From Epithemia pelagica (taxonomy: Eukaryota > Protista > Bacillariophyta), in the NCBI GenBank assembly GCA_946965045.2, contig OX337239.1, positions 992,001 through 1,056,000 on the forward strand: a stretch of 64,000 bases of DNA. The letters run 5' to 3'. The translations under genes and the position numbers were made by a program. This document shows positions 22,221 through 33,150 of the stretch, piece by piece (position 1 is the stretch's first letter; every line of letters begins with the position of its first letter). The notes below the pieces were generated by a model. That model saw nothing but the letters and a program-made list of their open reading frames with translations. It made no database searches and had not been told where the DNA came from.

Positions 22221-23924
22221 TTATTCGCGTATCCTTGTGAGACCGTTTTGAAAGTCATAGGTATAGTGTAGCGGAACTGTGGTGGCACCCAAGACGGTGA
22301 GTTCCGTGCCGGCATCATGGTCCGGCACGACCAAAAAGTCTTTTTGGGCCGGTTCACGAAACAAGAGTTGCAAACTTTGTTGCAACCCTTGTCGCGCGGC
22401 CACGAGTCGAGACATGCCGCCCACCAACAAGACATGGTCGACTTGCGTAGGCACGAATGCGCCTTGTTCCAAGAGTTGGGTCAACAGGGATGTATAGAGG
22501 GATGATAGAGTCGTTGGAGGTGGGACGTGAGGAGAGAGAGCCTGTTGAAACATGGGCTCGGATTGCGACACGTTGGCAACATGATTTTCCAGCAATTGAT
22601 CCAGCACGGATCGAGAAAGGGTGAAATCCCAATGAGGTGAAGAGGAAGAGTCTTTTTTTCCCACAAATAGGTAGGGAATGTGAATGTGAGATTGCGTCGA
22701 AGACGTTAGTTCGGCCAAGGCGGTTCGTATATGAACTTGGAGGAGCGCCGATACTTGATGGGCATCTTGTTTGGCAACGGCGGCCAGTCGATCATCCTGT
22801 TCTATCAAATAGGTTTGGACCAGCTTAATCAAGGTTTCCCCACCCAAGGGAATGGACACACTAGACAGAACGACATCATTTTGTACCACTGCCACTTGTG
22901 TGATGAGACCTCCCATATCCACCACAAGAACGGTAGGGGCCACTTTGGGGGAGGACGAAGTGACTGGCAACAAATTGGCTTGCTCAGCACCCCAGACCGT
23001 GGCTACTGCATCTGGAACCCAAACCAAAGTCTTGTTCTCTCCATCGTCGTCGCCCGTGGGCAACAGAGTTTGCTCCATGGCCGCTTGATAGTGATTCATG
23101 GCCATGGCATTGTCGGTTGAGATTGAGAGAAACAAAGGGAGTGGAAGAGTGACAACAAAACGAGAAAAACTACAGTCCAAACGATCTGTCAATTCTTCAA
23201 GAGTCGGATGAAGGACATCTTTTACCACTTTGGAAAAGGTTTCCGATTGTCCGTCTTGATGTTGGAGAAGGATTCGAAATGGGATTTGAACCGCATTGGT
23301 TTCTTCCTCCAAAGATAATTGTTCCAAGGCAGCCGTCCCCCTCTTGATTTCCACAGTGTCATCATTGGAGGTTTTGTACAAGATTCCATTGAAAAAGGAT
23401 CGATGTCCTTGAGGCGTCACGACAATGTGTGCAGGTGGAGGAGCCGAGACGGCCAATTTGGTAGAAAGGGTACCAAAATCAATGGCCAATGTAGGGTTTT
23501 GTTCGTCATCCGAGGAGGCTTCCGACGATTGTTGTCTTTGTTTGTGATACTGCAACAATTGCCATTCATAATCATCCCATTCCTCTTGCATTCGTCTCCA
23601 GGCCCTCCACGAATACCGTCCCACTACCAGAACGACTGCTACACCAATGAGGGGGAGAATTTCCCTTCGCCGCGTTGCATGGTACCATCGAACGCCAGGC
23701 GGAGGGCCACCAGCACCCGTCATGCGGCTATTCATTAGCGTGCTGGTGCTGCTAGGTGAAATAGCGACAGGGTGTGTCCTCCGCGGCCAACCATTTGAAT
23801 CATGATGACACGGATTGGTCCTAGGGCTTGATGGCGACCATCCAAAAAGAGATGACGATGAAGAAAGCCCAGTCCTCCGCAGTAAAGAAGAGCTGCGAGA
23901 CATTGAGAGACGTGTTCTAAACAT
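22221..23924 (-). CDS. Divergent Hsp70-family (actin-like ATPase fold) protein, NBD only, with N-terminal presequence and TM helix
   Basis: LAIDFGTLSTKLAV, FVVTLP, WVPDAVATVWG, VLVVDMGGLITQVAV, LGGETL, DHVLLVGGMSRL occur in Hsp70 motif order. R/S-rich N-terminus, hydrophobic ILPLIGVAVVLVVG. The protein ends without a substrate-binding domain. Confidence 0.7.
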   Translation of the reverse strand: MFRTRLSMSRSSSLLRRTGLSSSSSLFGWSPSSPRTNPCHHDSNGWPRRTHPVAISPSSTSTLMNSRMTGAGGPPPGVRWYHATRRREILPLIGVAVVLVVGRYSWRAWRRMQEEWDDYEWQLLQYHKQRQQSSEASSDDEQNPTLAIDFGTLSTKLAVSAPPPAHIVVTPQGHRSFFNGILYKTSNDDTVEIKRGTAALEQLSLEEETNAVQIPFRILLQHQDGQSETFSKVVKDVLHPTLEELTDRLDCSFSRFVVTLPLPLFLSISTDNAMAMNHYQAAMEQTLLPTGDDDGENKTLVWVPDAVATVWGAEQANLLPVTSSSPKVAPTVLVVDMGGLITQVAVVQNDVVLSSVSIPLGGETLIKLVQTYLIEQDDRLAAVAKQDAHQVSALLQVHIRTALAELTSSTQSHIHIPYLFVGKKDSSSSPHWDFTLSRSVLDQLLENHVANVSQSEPMFQQALSPHVPPPTTLSSLYTSLLTQLLEQGAFVPTQVDHVLLVGGMSRLVAARQGLQQSLQLLFREPAQKDFLVVPDHDAGTELTVLGATTVPLHYTYDFQNGLTRIRE

Positions 23925-24180
23925 GATATGGCGTAGGCTTGATGGTGAAAAGGGACTCACTCATACCGCCATTGGCAATTAACACATTATTGTTGGTGTT
24001 GGAGACGTGCGTTTGTGTCACGCACATCGGGGACTGCACTACCCGGACTCTTCCAAATGTGCAGATATTGGATAGGAGTAGCTGTACTCCTAGCTACTCC
24101 TACTCCCGTAAGCAAAGAGTAGTCCACCTCGATATAAACAGAAAATGCTATTTTCAACTGCCTGCCCTATCGTCTGTGGA

Positions 24181-25656
24181 TTACGATTCTTTTGGCTTTG
24201 CTTGGTCTTCTTCTAGAACTGGTGGAGGTTGTGTTTGTGCAACTGTCGGCTTGTTCATGAAATTTAACACAATCTTGCCCGTCGTTCGACGACTTTGTAA
24301 CAAAGAAAATGCTTTAGCCACAACGTGATCCTCCTCGTCGTCCTTGTTCGTATCCATGTCTGTGTGGTCCTGTGTGGTGGTGCGGTGATTCTCCCAATAA
24401 TCCAATTCCTGTGCAATCACGGGCCGGACCGGTTGTGTGATAGTAGTAGTAGTATCATTCGAGGTTTGTGGTTCCGCCCATTGCGCCGCATGGACCAATC
24501 GTTGCAATTCGTGGGAGGAATGAGGAAACCGGACCCAAAACAATTGTGATTGTTTGGACCAAAAGAGATTGAGTCCACAGACTCGTTTCACACCGGCTGC
24601 AAACCACGAACTGGTAGGACCTCCCAATTTCACATATCGACCCTGTTGTGGATCCAAGAGATGAATGTATCGTTGCTCCTGTTGTTGCTGTTGTTCGGAA
24701 GACGAGGAGGACGACACTGGAACTGCATGTCGTTCGTGTCGCACAAAGTGTTCGTAGGCCATGACTTGATCACTGGGTTTGGCACTGGTGACTGTATCCA
24801 GGACATGGGTAAAGGGTTGTCCATCTTGTTGGTCGACGACGTAGCGAATCAAATCTTGTTTCCAGGTGGAGGTTGTGTAATCCAAAACGACATCAGCCCC
24901 CAAGGTGGTTCGGACCCAGTCCATGTTGCGGGTACTGCAAATGCCCACCACAGTAGGTACCTGTAAGACTCGTTTGGCATATTGGACCGCGAAATGGCCA
25001 GTTCCTCCCGAAGCACCAATCACGAGTAACCGACTATTGGAGGTCACGTGAAATTGTTCCATGCATTGCAATACAGTCAATCCAATCAAGGGCAAGGCAG
25101 CCGCTGTCACAAAGAGCGAAGCATGGGGCACTCCTACTACCGAGGAAAAGGACGTTCCGTCGTCATTCTCAGTGGTTGCGGGAGCCACAGCAGCATTGGT
25201 GGTCGACGACGGCGGCTGTGGGAGTTTCGTCACTTGATCCAAGGAGACTCGTTGGTATTCGCAAAAGGTACCAGTAAAGGGTGGGATGGTCCCACACACC
25301 CAATCGCCCACTTGATAATAGGCAGACTCGGTTTCTTCGTCGTCGTCGTCGTCACTGGTAGTACTGGTCGTATGCGACGAATGGACTTGTCGAACAATCC
25401 CACTAAAATCAAAGCCAGGAATACAATTCTGGGTCAATCGGTGCATGAACCAGGGTGGACAGGCGGGAGGTAACTTGTCACCAAAGACATGCTTGGCATC
25501 GACTGGATTGACACCCGCCGCATACACCTGAATGCACAAGGGAAATTGACGTGTCACGGGAGGAACCGGCAGGGAAGAACATCGTTGCACGGAACCAAAA
25601 CCATTGTACACGGTACCTGTCATGGTCTTGGGGACTCGGTCGGGAAGGAGCGGCAT
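24181..25656 (-). CDS. MDR-superfamily NAD(P)H quinone oxidoreductase / zinc-independent ADH-like (RTN4IP1/Ast1-like)
   Basis: QVYAAGVNPVDAK, IPGFDFSGIV, YQVGDWVCG, AAALPLIGLT, LLVIGASGGTGHFAVQYAK, LGADVVLDYT, RRTTGKIVL. First true ATG at 25656. Confidence 0.85.
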   Translation of the reverse strand: MPLLPDRVPKTMTGTVYNGFGSVQRCSSLPVPPVTRQFPLCIQVYAAGVNPVDAKHVFGDKLPPACPPWFMHRLTQNCIPGFDFSGIVRQVHSSHTTSTTSDDDDDEETESAYYQVGDWVCGTIPPFTGTFCEYQRVSLDQVTKLPQPPSSTTNAAVAPATTENDDGTSFSSVVGVPHASLFVTAAALPLIGLTVLQCMEQFHVTSNSRLLVIGASGGTGHFAVQYAKRVLQVPTVVGICSTRNMDWVRTTLGADVVLDYTTSTWKQDLIRYVVDQQDGQPFTHVLDTVTSAKPSDQVMAYEHFVRHERHAVPVSSSSSSEQQQQQEQRYIHLLDPQQGRYVKLGGPTSSWFAAGVKRVCGLNLFWSKQSQLFWVRFPHSSHELQRLVHAAQWAEPQTSNDTTTTITQPVRPVIAQELDYWENHRTTTQDHTDMDTNKDDEEDHVVAKAFSLLQSRRTTGKIVLNFMNKPTVAQTQPPPVLEEDQAKPKES

Positions 25657-26308
25657 TGTAGTGTCGTGTGTGTGTTGTTGTTGTTGTGGTTGAGAGGAAT
25701 GGTGGACAACCAACAGAAAGTGGGGGGAGGTGTCGTCCGGCTGCTCTTTCGGAGAAACGACCCGGGAAGGTGCGGATAGAGAGTGTGTTTGGTACAGGAA
25801 GATAGTCTTTTGTTGTTAAAGATGTTGCCAGAGGGTGTTGGGTTTTTCTAGATACGTGAAATCTCACACGTTTCGTGTCGTCGTCTGGCCAATCTACAAG
25901 GGCACCTTGCCGTCGTCGTTACTTTTGCCGCTTCTGGACAGCCACAGGCAGTAAGAGTGAATGAGGAGGAGTCGGTCCGATTCTATGATGACGATGATGA
26001 ATACAAGCAATAGATATGATGATGATGATGATGATGGGATTGATGATGGCGGCAGGTTCGTTTCCCGATGAAAAGCGACCGGATCATAAACGCGACCTAA
26101 TACCGACCGACGGAAGATCCGAGAGATTTTGCCCATGATGTTGCTTTTGTTGCTAAGTGTTGTCTCTTGTTGCTTGGTGTTTGTTGTTGTCTTGTTGTCT
26201 TGTTGTCTCGGCAGACCATATGGTCCATGGCGAAGTATTTGAGTGTTTCTACCACCGAGCCGAGTTCTGGGACCACAACAGCAAGAGAGCGTCCGTCGTG
26301 GTAAAAAG

Positions 26309-27649
26309 ATGAGTCCCTCACATCCTTCCTTGCAACCACACACCAAGAATCATTCTGCTGCTAGTACAACAACAACCAATTCATTCACCAACCACCGGCT
26401 CATCCAAGACGACGACGACGAGAATGAAACAAACGTGCTACCCTGTGCCGATCAACTGGTTTGGGCCCATTCCGTTTGTTCGCAAGCGCATTTGCACGAG
26501 GTATTGAACAATCCAACCATGAATGCTATTGAAACCGATGTTTCGTGGGGAGTTTATTCCAGTCGTCTTGGGACTGCGCAATCCAAACCACAAGAATTCA
26601 AAACAGAACAACAAGAACAACTACAAGCCATTGCGGCTCATCCTCCCACCCGCTCCAGTGACTTGTCGATGCATGACTTGTTACGAGAAATCATGGTCCA
26701 CAACACGACGTGTCACTTGAAATTGGATTTCAAACACGAACCAGCCGTAGTTCCAACCCTCCGATTGGTTCGACAATTGCTTTGCAAGGACAATTTCCAT
26801 GGTTCCGAACCACCAGCAGACCGCAATCCTTGTCGTCGTACCTTGTTTTTAAATGCCGACCTTGTACCTGGTCCAGGAGTGGCAGCCACTTCGGACGTGG
26901 ACATTTCACCGCACATGTTTTGGCAAGCCTGTCGAGAGGAATTGTTCCTGCATCCCGAATATTGTCACAGAAGCAACAAGAAGAGTGTTTGGACAGTGGC
27001 CTTTTCCTTGGGATGGAAGGTTGATTTGGCTGACTATGCCACTAGTTGTTGGAGGTATTACTCGTTTGGGTGGTGGTGGTGGAACGACCGTTGGGGGACT
27101 GGGTATGGTCCACACCATGTACAGGCTCTTCAACCCTGGATTTTGCAGTTTGCTCAGGCGGCAAGGCCAGAATACACTCCCCTGACACTGCCAGAACCTG
27201 TACCACCAACTACCACTACTACTACTAGCATTCCCATTGTGTTGGCCTTGCACGGTCGACTCTTGTCGCTAAGTCCATCCTCCACGTGGCATTGGTTGCA
27301 TCAGTTTTTGAACCATCAACAGCCACAACCATCACAGGCGAATGGCCGTCGTTGTCGTCGTCAAGTATTGATTTGGACTGCGACGGGGGAACCCCCCATG
27401 GGACGATCCACCACTCACAAATTCTTGAATCGCCACTTTCCTCCGTCGGACAAGGTTGGTTACGATGTCCTACTGACCGATTCCATCGTCATGGCCTGGA
27501 TCTACAATGTGGCAGTGATTCTGTGGGGATGCAAACAGCATGTGTTGCAGTACCTTGCCACAGGACAACCACCATCACCACTTCTTCTTCTCCTCCTACT
27601 ACTGGTCCTGCTGGGTGGAGTGGTGATATTTGTACTGACAATAGGATGA
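26309..27649 (+). CDS. FAM151/menorin (DUF2181) family TIM-barrel protein with C-terminal TM anchor
   Basis: VWAHSVCS...IETDV, IAAHPPTRSSDLS, LKLDFKH, LFLNADLVPGPG, FSLGW motifs; hydrophobic C-terminus. Confidence 0.8.
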   Translation: MSPSHPSLQPHTKNHSAASTTTTNSFTNHRLIQDDDDENETNVLPCADQLVWAHSVCSQAHLHEVLNNPTMNAIETDVSWGVYSSRLGTAQSKPQEFKTEQQEQLQAIAAHPPTRSSDLSMHDLLREIMVHNTTCHLKLDFKHEPAVVPTLRLVRQLLCKDNFHGSEPPADRNPCRRTLFLNADLVPGPGVAATSDVDISPHMFWQACREELFLHPEYCHRSNKKSVWTVAFSLGWKVDLADYATSCWRYYSFGWWWWNDRWGTGYGPHHVQALQPWILQFAQAARPEYTPLTLPEPVPPTTTTTTSIPIVLALHGRLLSLSPSSTWHWLHQFLNHQQPQPSQANGRRCRRQVLIWTATGEPPMGRSTTHKFLNRHFPPSDKVGYDVLLTDSIVMAWIYNVAVILWGCKQHVLQYLATGQPPSPLLLLLLLLVLLGGVVIFVLTIG

Positions 27650-28754
27650 TGCAGCACAGAAAGACATGACGCACGGCAAGTTTGAAAACGATTGACTTTT
27701 GAAGTGGTAGTAGAACGTCCAGGCATGGATGGTTCGATCGGTCCAAGAGGTACATCGCACTTGATTCGGTCATGAAATCCAGAATGTGAATGAAACGGAG
27801 TAGCAACTACGAATAACACTTGTGCCTCACGGTTGACGACGACAATCGCTCCTACGTGAGTTCTAATTTCCTCTTGGTACGTTTGGTTCGTTTTCTCCCG
27901 ATTGCACGACGACAGGATCTGTCGGCACGAGCAAGGCCAATCCGTGACAACGAGGTTATGGTCCAAGATGGTATGAGCAGCTCAATCTATTTGACAACCA
28001 TTGATAAAGGAGGACGATGCGTGTTAGAGCCCGTAATCCGTACTGCCCATGTTCACGGTCAAAGTTGTGTCCCTAGAGAAGATCTACCTGCATGGAGACA
28101 AAAAAGGCGGAATAGATCTAGGAGTACCTGCATGGAGACAGGATAGCTAAGGTAGTAAAAGGGTCGTGGTTATAAGGCGCTGACGTCACTGCGATTCGAC
28201 GAGCATGCCGTCTGAACGAACGTGAGTCTTGAAACGTCATACATGGCACGCGTAACGGAAACCATCCCTTAACAAATGAAGAGAATCGTCACGCCGTGCC
28301 TGGCAGGGTCTCTAATCGATGAGGCGCCCGTCGACGATGAGACGCTCATACATATTCTATTATTTTCACCGTTCCAGATATGGAATTAGGATTCCTCACT
28401 CTTTTTGTTGGGGGTTCTCTCTTGTTGAAAGGATAGATACCTACACGATACAGAATCATTCTGGTTGGTGCAATTGTGACTCACGACAGACAACTTACAT
28501 ACCAACTTGTTCCTCTGTTTTGAAATCGTAACAGAGGAAGGGCACCGATCCACCCCAACCCTGCTCTGAAGCTTCTTCTCTCTTCTCCCTATCCGTGGAG
28601 TAGCTTTATCGAATCTGGCGATTTCGAAATCCAATCGAGCCTATCTCCTCTCACATCTCGCATCTCGCATCAAACTTGTCTACGCGTCGCTTTCTCATTG
28701 ATTTGGTTGTCTTCTTACATGCTGCACGCTCCATCGATACTATTGGATCACAAC

Positions 28755-30785
28755 ATGGCGTTTCCTCGTGTGGCCGCCAACGAATCACCACCGCAAAAAC
28801 AACAATCGTCCTCTCCTCGACGACGATTGACACGATCCTTGTCCTGGCAAAAGCAACGTCCGCCACAACAACCACCACAACCACAAACATGTCTCCGACA
28901 AATGGAATTGAATGATTTGGAGGAACTCCTATTGTATGGGCTGTATAAGCAAGCCTTGCATGGCGATTCAAATGCCTATCATTACCAACACCATCATCAT
29001 TATTCGTCGTATCCTGCGAGCACCGAGGCGGCCGTTGTACGTCCCAGTGTTTCGTCATCAACGACGACAACGAAAAACGATGATGATGACGGCGAAAAGG
29101 TCGGAACGACATGGAAGGCAGCATCCTCCGTTCCACAAGAACCACAATCGCAACCAGCCGTTGCTCGAATCCCCCGTCGCCCACGTCTTTCCACGAGGAA
29201 TCGTAGCCGTCGTCGTCGTTCTCGTCGTGCATCCTTTGCCTTTTCGAGACACGGCTTGGCCCGTCAAAAGGTTTGGAATACCATTACGCAAATGGTACCG
29301 AATCAGGAATTGCAGCAAGCCTTTGAACACTTGCAACAAGCCATGTCGGTGATTGCCAAGGCGACGCAGTTGATTGTGTCGTTGGAGGACGGCGATGAGA
29401 CTCGCCCAAGTGGCATTCCAGGCGGTGGTCCTACTCATAAAACCAAGACTGCGCTTCACAAACCAATGTCACTGCCGCATCATCCCCTGAAGAAGAAGAA
29501 AAAGAGTGCCAGACCGTCCAAACCGTTGGTCCTTCTGCAAGGCATTGTGGAAGAATCCGAATCGGAACCCGAGGGTTCTGCACCTCTGCCGTCGTCCTCC
29601 TCCTTCTCGCCCCACCAACAATCGCACACGACGACGACGAAACCACGAAGCAACAAATGGACCAATCTGTGGTCTCAAACCCGTCGGTCCGTAGCACGAT
29701 CGTCGTCGGCCTCTTCGTTCTTCCTGCCCCCTGCGGTAACCAGCAACCACACTAGCACGGTGGAAGCGGATCCCACAACAACGACACGACTCCCTTCTCC
29801 GAACGGTACAAAACACGAGACGACCAATGCGACTTCCCTTTCTCCGACGGAAATGCTCTTCTTGGCCGTGGCCGAAAATGACGAACGAACGGTACGTGCT
29901 TTACTGTCACAAAACCAAAAAAGCAACAAGAACGAACCATCGTCATCCTTGATTGAAGCCACGGACGAACACGGTCAATCGGCCTTGCATGTCGCCGCAC
30001 ATCATGGTCATGTCGACATGGTTCAATGTTTGCATCGAGAGTTTGGGGCCAAGGTCTTGGCTGTCGATGACGACGGTATTTCCGTCTTGCAAACGGCTGT
30101 CATTGCCGGCCAATCGGCTGTTTGCGCCTACTTGTTGTTGGAGGCGGGTGCCGATCCCGATCAACCCGATTTGGATGGAGATACACCCCGCTTGTGTGCC
30201 CTGGACGAAGACAGTGACGCATCCATTCGACAATTGTTGGAACACGCCACGCCCCGACAGTCACGACGGAACCACAAACGACGTCCTGGACGACGAAACA
30301 AACCAAGCAACGAGTGCAAGGGGGATTCCAAGACGGACAGTACAAAACCAACCACTGCCGCAAGCGAGTCGAATACGAATGGACGGATCGCCAAGGAACA
30401 TCGTGATGATACCGAAGACTGCTACAGTCCAAACGATGACGATTCCGACGACAGCAGCGAGTACGATTCTTATTCCTCCGACGAAGATTCGGAGTATAGT
30501 GACGATGACGACTTTTCGGATCCAGCCAACAATGGGAATCATCATCATGAGGACGACGATCACGATTCCTGTGTTTCGTGGACAACCGACTTTTCCGAAT
30601 TGCCATTCCCATCCAGAACCACAAAAAACAAGGCCATTACCATGGTGGTCGATCAAGTACCATCCACCTTTCAACAAAGTCTTCTCCAGAGTTACCTTCA
30701 AAAGAACACCAACCAGCAAAATCAAAAGACACTGAGTCCTCCGCATCGTACCACAGCCGCCGTCCCTGTATCAAAGACGACATGA
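28755..30785 (+). CDS. Acyl-CoA-binding (ACBP) + ankyrin repeat protein (ACBD6-like)
   Basis: LLLYGLYKQALHGD is the ACBP signature. Ankyrin repeats GQSALHVAAHHGHVDMVQCL and GISVLQTAVIAGQSAVCAYLLLEAGADPDQPDLDGDTP; acidic tail. Confidence 0.75.
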   Translation: MAFPRVAANESPPQKQQSSSPRRRLTRSLSWQKQRPPQQPPQPQTCLRQMELNDLEELLLYGLYKQALHGDSNAYHYQHHHHYSSYPASTEAAVVRPSVSSSTTTTKNDDDDGEKVGTTWKAASSVPQEPQSQPAVARIPRRPRLSTRNRSRRRRSRRASFAFSRHGLARQKVWNTITQMVPNQELQQAFEHLQQAMSVIAKATQLIVSLEDGDETRPSGIPGGGPTHKTKTALHKPMSLPHHPLKKKKKSARPSKPLVLLQGIVEESESEPEGSAPLPSSSSFSPHQQSHTTTTKPRSNKWTNLWSQTRRSVARSSSASSFFLPPAVTSNHTSTVEADPTTTTRLPSPNGTKHETTNATSLSPTEMLFLAVAENDERTVRALLSQNQKSNKNEPSSSLIEATDEHGQSALHVAAHHGHVDMVQCLHREFGAKVLAVDDDGISVLQTAVIAGQSAVCAYLLLEAGADPDQPDLDGDTPRLCALDEDSDASIRQLLEHATPRQSRRNHKRRPGRRNKPSNECKGDSKTDSTKPTTAASESNTNGRIAKEHRDDTEDCYSPNDDDSDDSSEYDSYSSDEDSEYSDDDDFSDPANNGNHHHEDDDHDSCVSWTTDFSELPFPSRTTKNKAITMVVDQVPSTFQQSLLQSYLQKNTNQQNQKTLSPPHRTTAAVPVSKTT

Positions 30786-31744
30786 GAGTCGTAACCGCAA
30801 AAACAAGGAAACATACAATGTCGCACTACTTCAATCCAAGATTCATCCAAAGGAAAAGTCCACAATAAAATCACAAAACCTCTTTTGCTGGTCCTGTACG
30901 AGGAACTATTCAGAGACTCTTCACCGTAAACAGTACCAAAGACCGACCCTTTTCCGCGAAGCTCCATCCGAAGCAAACAAGACAGAAACGGCATCGGTTT
31001 CATCACACAAGAGTCATCGTTGGGCTTTTAGATCAAAAGAGATCGCATTGCGCTAATGCATCCAACAAGAATTTTCTACAGCAAGACAATGGTGACCGTG
31101 TGTGACCATCTCTACCAGTGGCACTACGTAAATTTAATAATCCACGACCTCATCGAAACATGTAATGGATTCTGTCACACCATACCTTCTACATGGATGC
31201 TAGGTCTACGTGTGGCAATGGTCCTAGCGGGAGTTCTTTGCTTATCATTATTTTTATCTGACCGGACCTTTCTTGTAGAATGACCGGCCACTTCTCTAAC
31301 AATCTAGCAGTCAACTACCAGATTGTATAGGAATAGGGAACACAGTTTCCAAAACATTGACAGATTCTTGTCCCGTGGATAGAATGGCCAGTTTCATCAC
31401 AACGTAGAAAAGCACCTACACTGGCTGTAAAACATTCACTTGACAAGACTTTCTCCATCCCGATTGGCGAGCATTGCTGAGGCAATGGAAAGAGAAGATC
31501 TGCATCCCCGACATGGGGTGGTGACCAAGGATGTCACATTCCAAACCCTTGTTCCTCTGCAAAGCAGAGAAGTATTCCTTCCAGTGTGTGTTTCATGTTC
31601 CCGTGTTTTAATTGGGCCAGCAAGAAAGAACCCCCATCCCAGATCTTGTCGATTTCGTCGTTCCCGAGTGCGAGGCCTGGATCAGCATACCCCTACATAC
31701 AGAAAAACTCCAGCATTTCCCTCTCTCATCCACCACAAGGAGGA

Positions 31745-33150
31745 TTAATTAAACAGGGTAAAGATTTGAATGACCCCAACCAGGGCTCCCAACAAGCCGC
31801 CCAAAAAGATGAGTTGAATTTCATCTTCTTCAAAGGCGGGATGCAAGACGCCCTCAAAATCCGACGACGACAGTTCGGCCATTTTCGTCGCTACTGTATT
31901 TTCCATATCCAAGGCCTTTTCAGAATACTCATAGGAATGGTCAATAATATCGGGAATCCGATCCAACACCTTTTGCGCAATGTCTTCCTTCATTTTGGCA
32001 AATTGGTCGGCACCCAAACTGGCCACCGCCAGAGGTTGCAACTCGGCCACCAACTTGTCGGTAAAGACCAAGGTATGTGCTCGCAGCATGGCATAAAAGT
32101 TGGACGAGAGTGGCCCCGTGAAAATGGCATCCCAAATGGCCTTGACGTGTAAAATTTCCGTCATGACGACTCGGGCAAAGACTTGGCTCACTTCCTTTTG
32201 TCGTTTCAAGAAAATGCCGTGAATCGTAACACCACAACAAATGGAGGTGGGTTCGAGGGGCCGAAAAATGATTTTGAGGGCAATGTAATTCGTAAACCAG
32301 CCCACCAAAAAGCCCGCAACCGGCAGGACCCAACTGGCATCGTAAACAAACCAAATCCCCATTTGAACCAAACCAAACAAGAATCCAAAGTACAAACCGG
32401 AGCGTCGAATAAAGATGAATTCCTTGTCCCCACATTCTTGAAAGATTTTAACAATCAAATGCTTATTTTCAACACAATATCGTACCGTAAATTCCTTAAT
32501 GTCCACTACATCTTCCACATGTTCTTGCATATCTGCAAAACACCACACAAAACATCGAGTGAGTATAAACAAGGAACCCGACGAAACGTAGCAGCCACAC
32601 TAGTTCAAACATAACCCCCATTGTCCAATGATCATTGAACGGAACAACCATCACTTCAAGACACAAACAAACAAACTCATAGCTGAACGAACGACGTACC
32701 CTTCATAAATTCGGACAAAAAGGCTCCTGTCTCTTGATCGGTCGTCAAGACAATATCATCCTTGACCTCTTGAGGCAATCCATTCCAGACGGTGGGCATG
32801 TATTCCGTAGCAACTTCGGAAATGACTTCATCCATCAAGAGGAGTGTGGCATCGCTCATGACACGGGCAAATTCATTGGGATCCAAGCGGGCAAAAATTT
32901 CCTTGATATGAAACAATTTGGCCGTCATGAGTTCAAAGGCAATGGTGGCCATTTTCTTGGCTTTGGCCGGTATAATGCCTTGCCAACCAAACAAACCAAA
33001 GGGTTCCCCTGGAATTCGCCAGAGTTCGAGGCCCCAAAATTCCAATGGATAAAAGGTCATTTGCAAGGCCAATACATTGGTAATGTAGCCCACGGCACCG
33101 GCAATCCAGGGAATCAAAAAGTACTCCCACCATTCGTATTGAAAGGCCAT
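31745..33150 (-). CDS. DUF445 family membrane protein; 2 exons (33150-32700, 32532-31745)
   Basis: IPWIAGAVGYITNVLALQMTFYP...WQGIIPAKAKKMA; second half LPVAGFLVGWFTNYIALKIIFRP; C-terminal LSSSDFEGVLHPAFEEDEIQLIFLGGLLGALVG. GT-AG intron 32699-32533. Confidence 0.8.

Noticed and set aside
26135-26242. Hydrophobic 35-codon ORF as a signal peptide for FAM151
   Set aside because: Ends in an in-frame TGA directly before the main ORF, with no clear intron; derived from TTG/GTT simple repeats.
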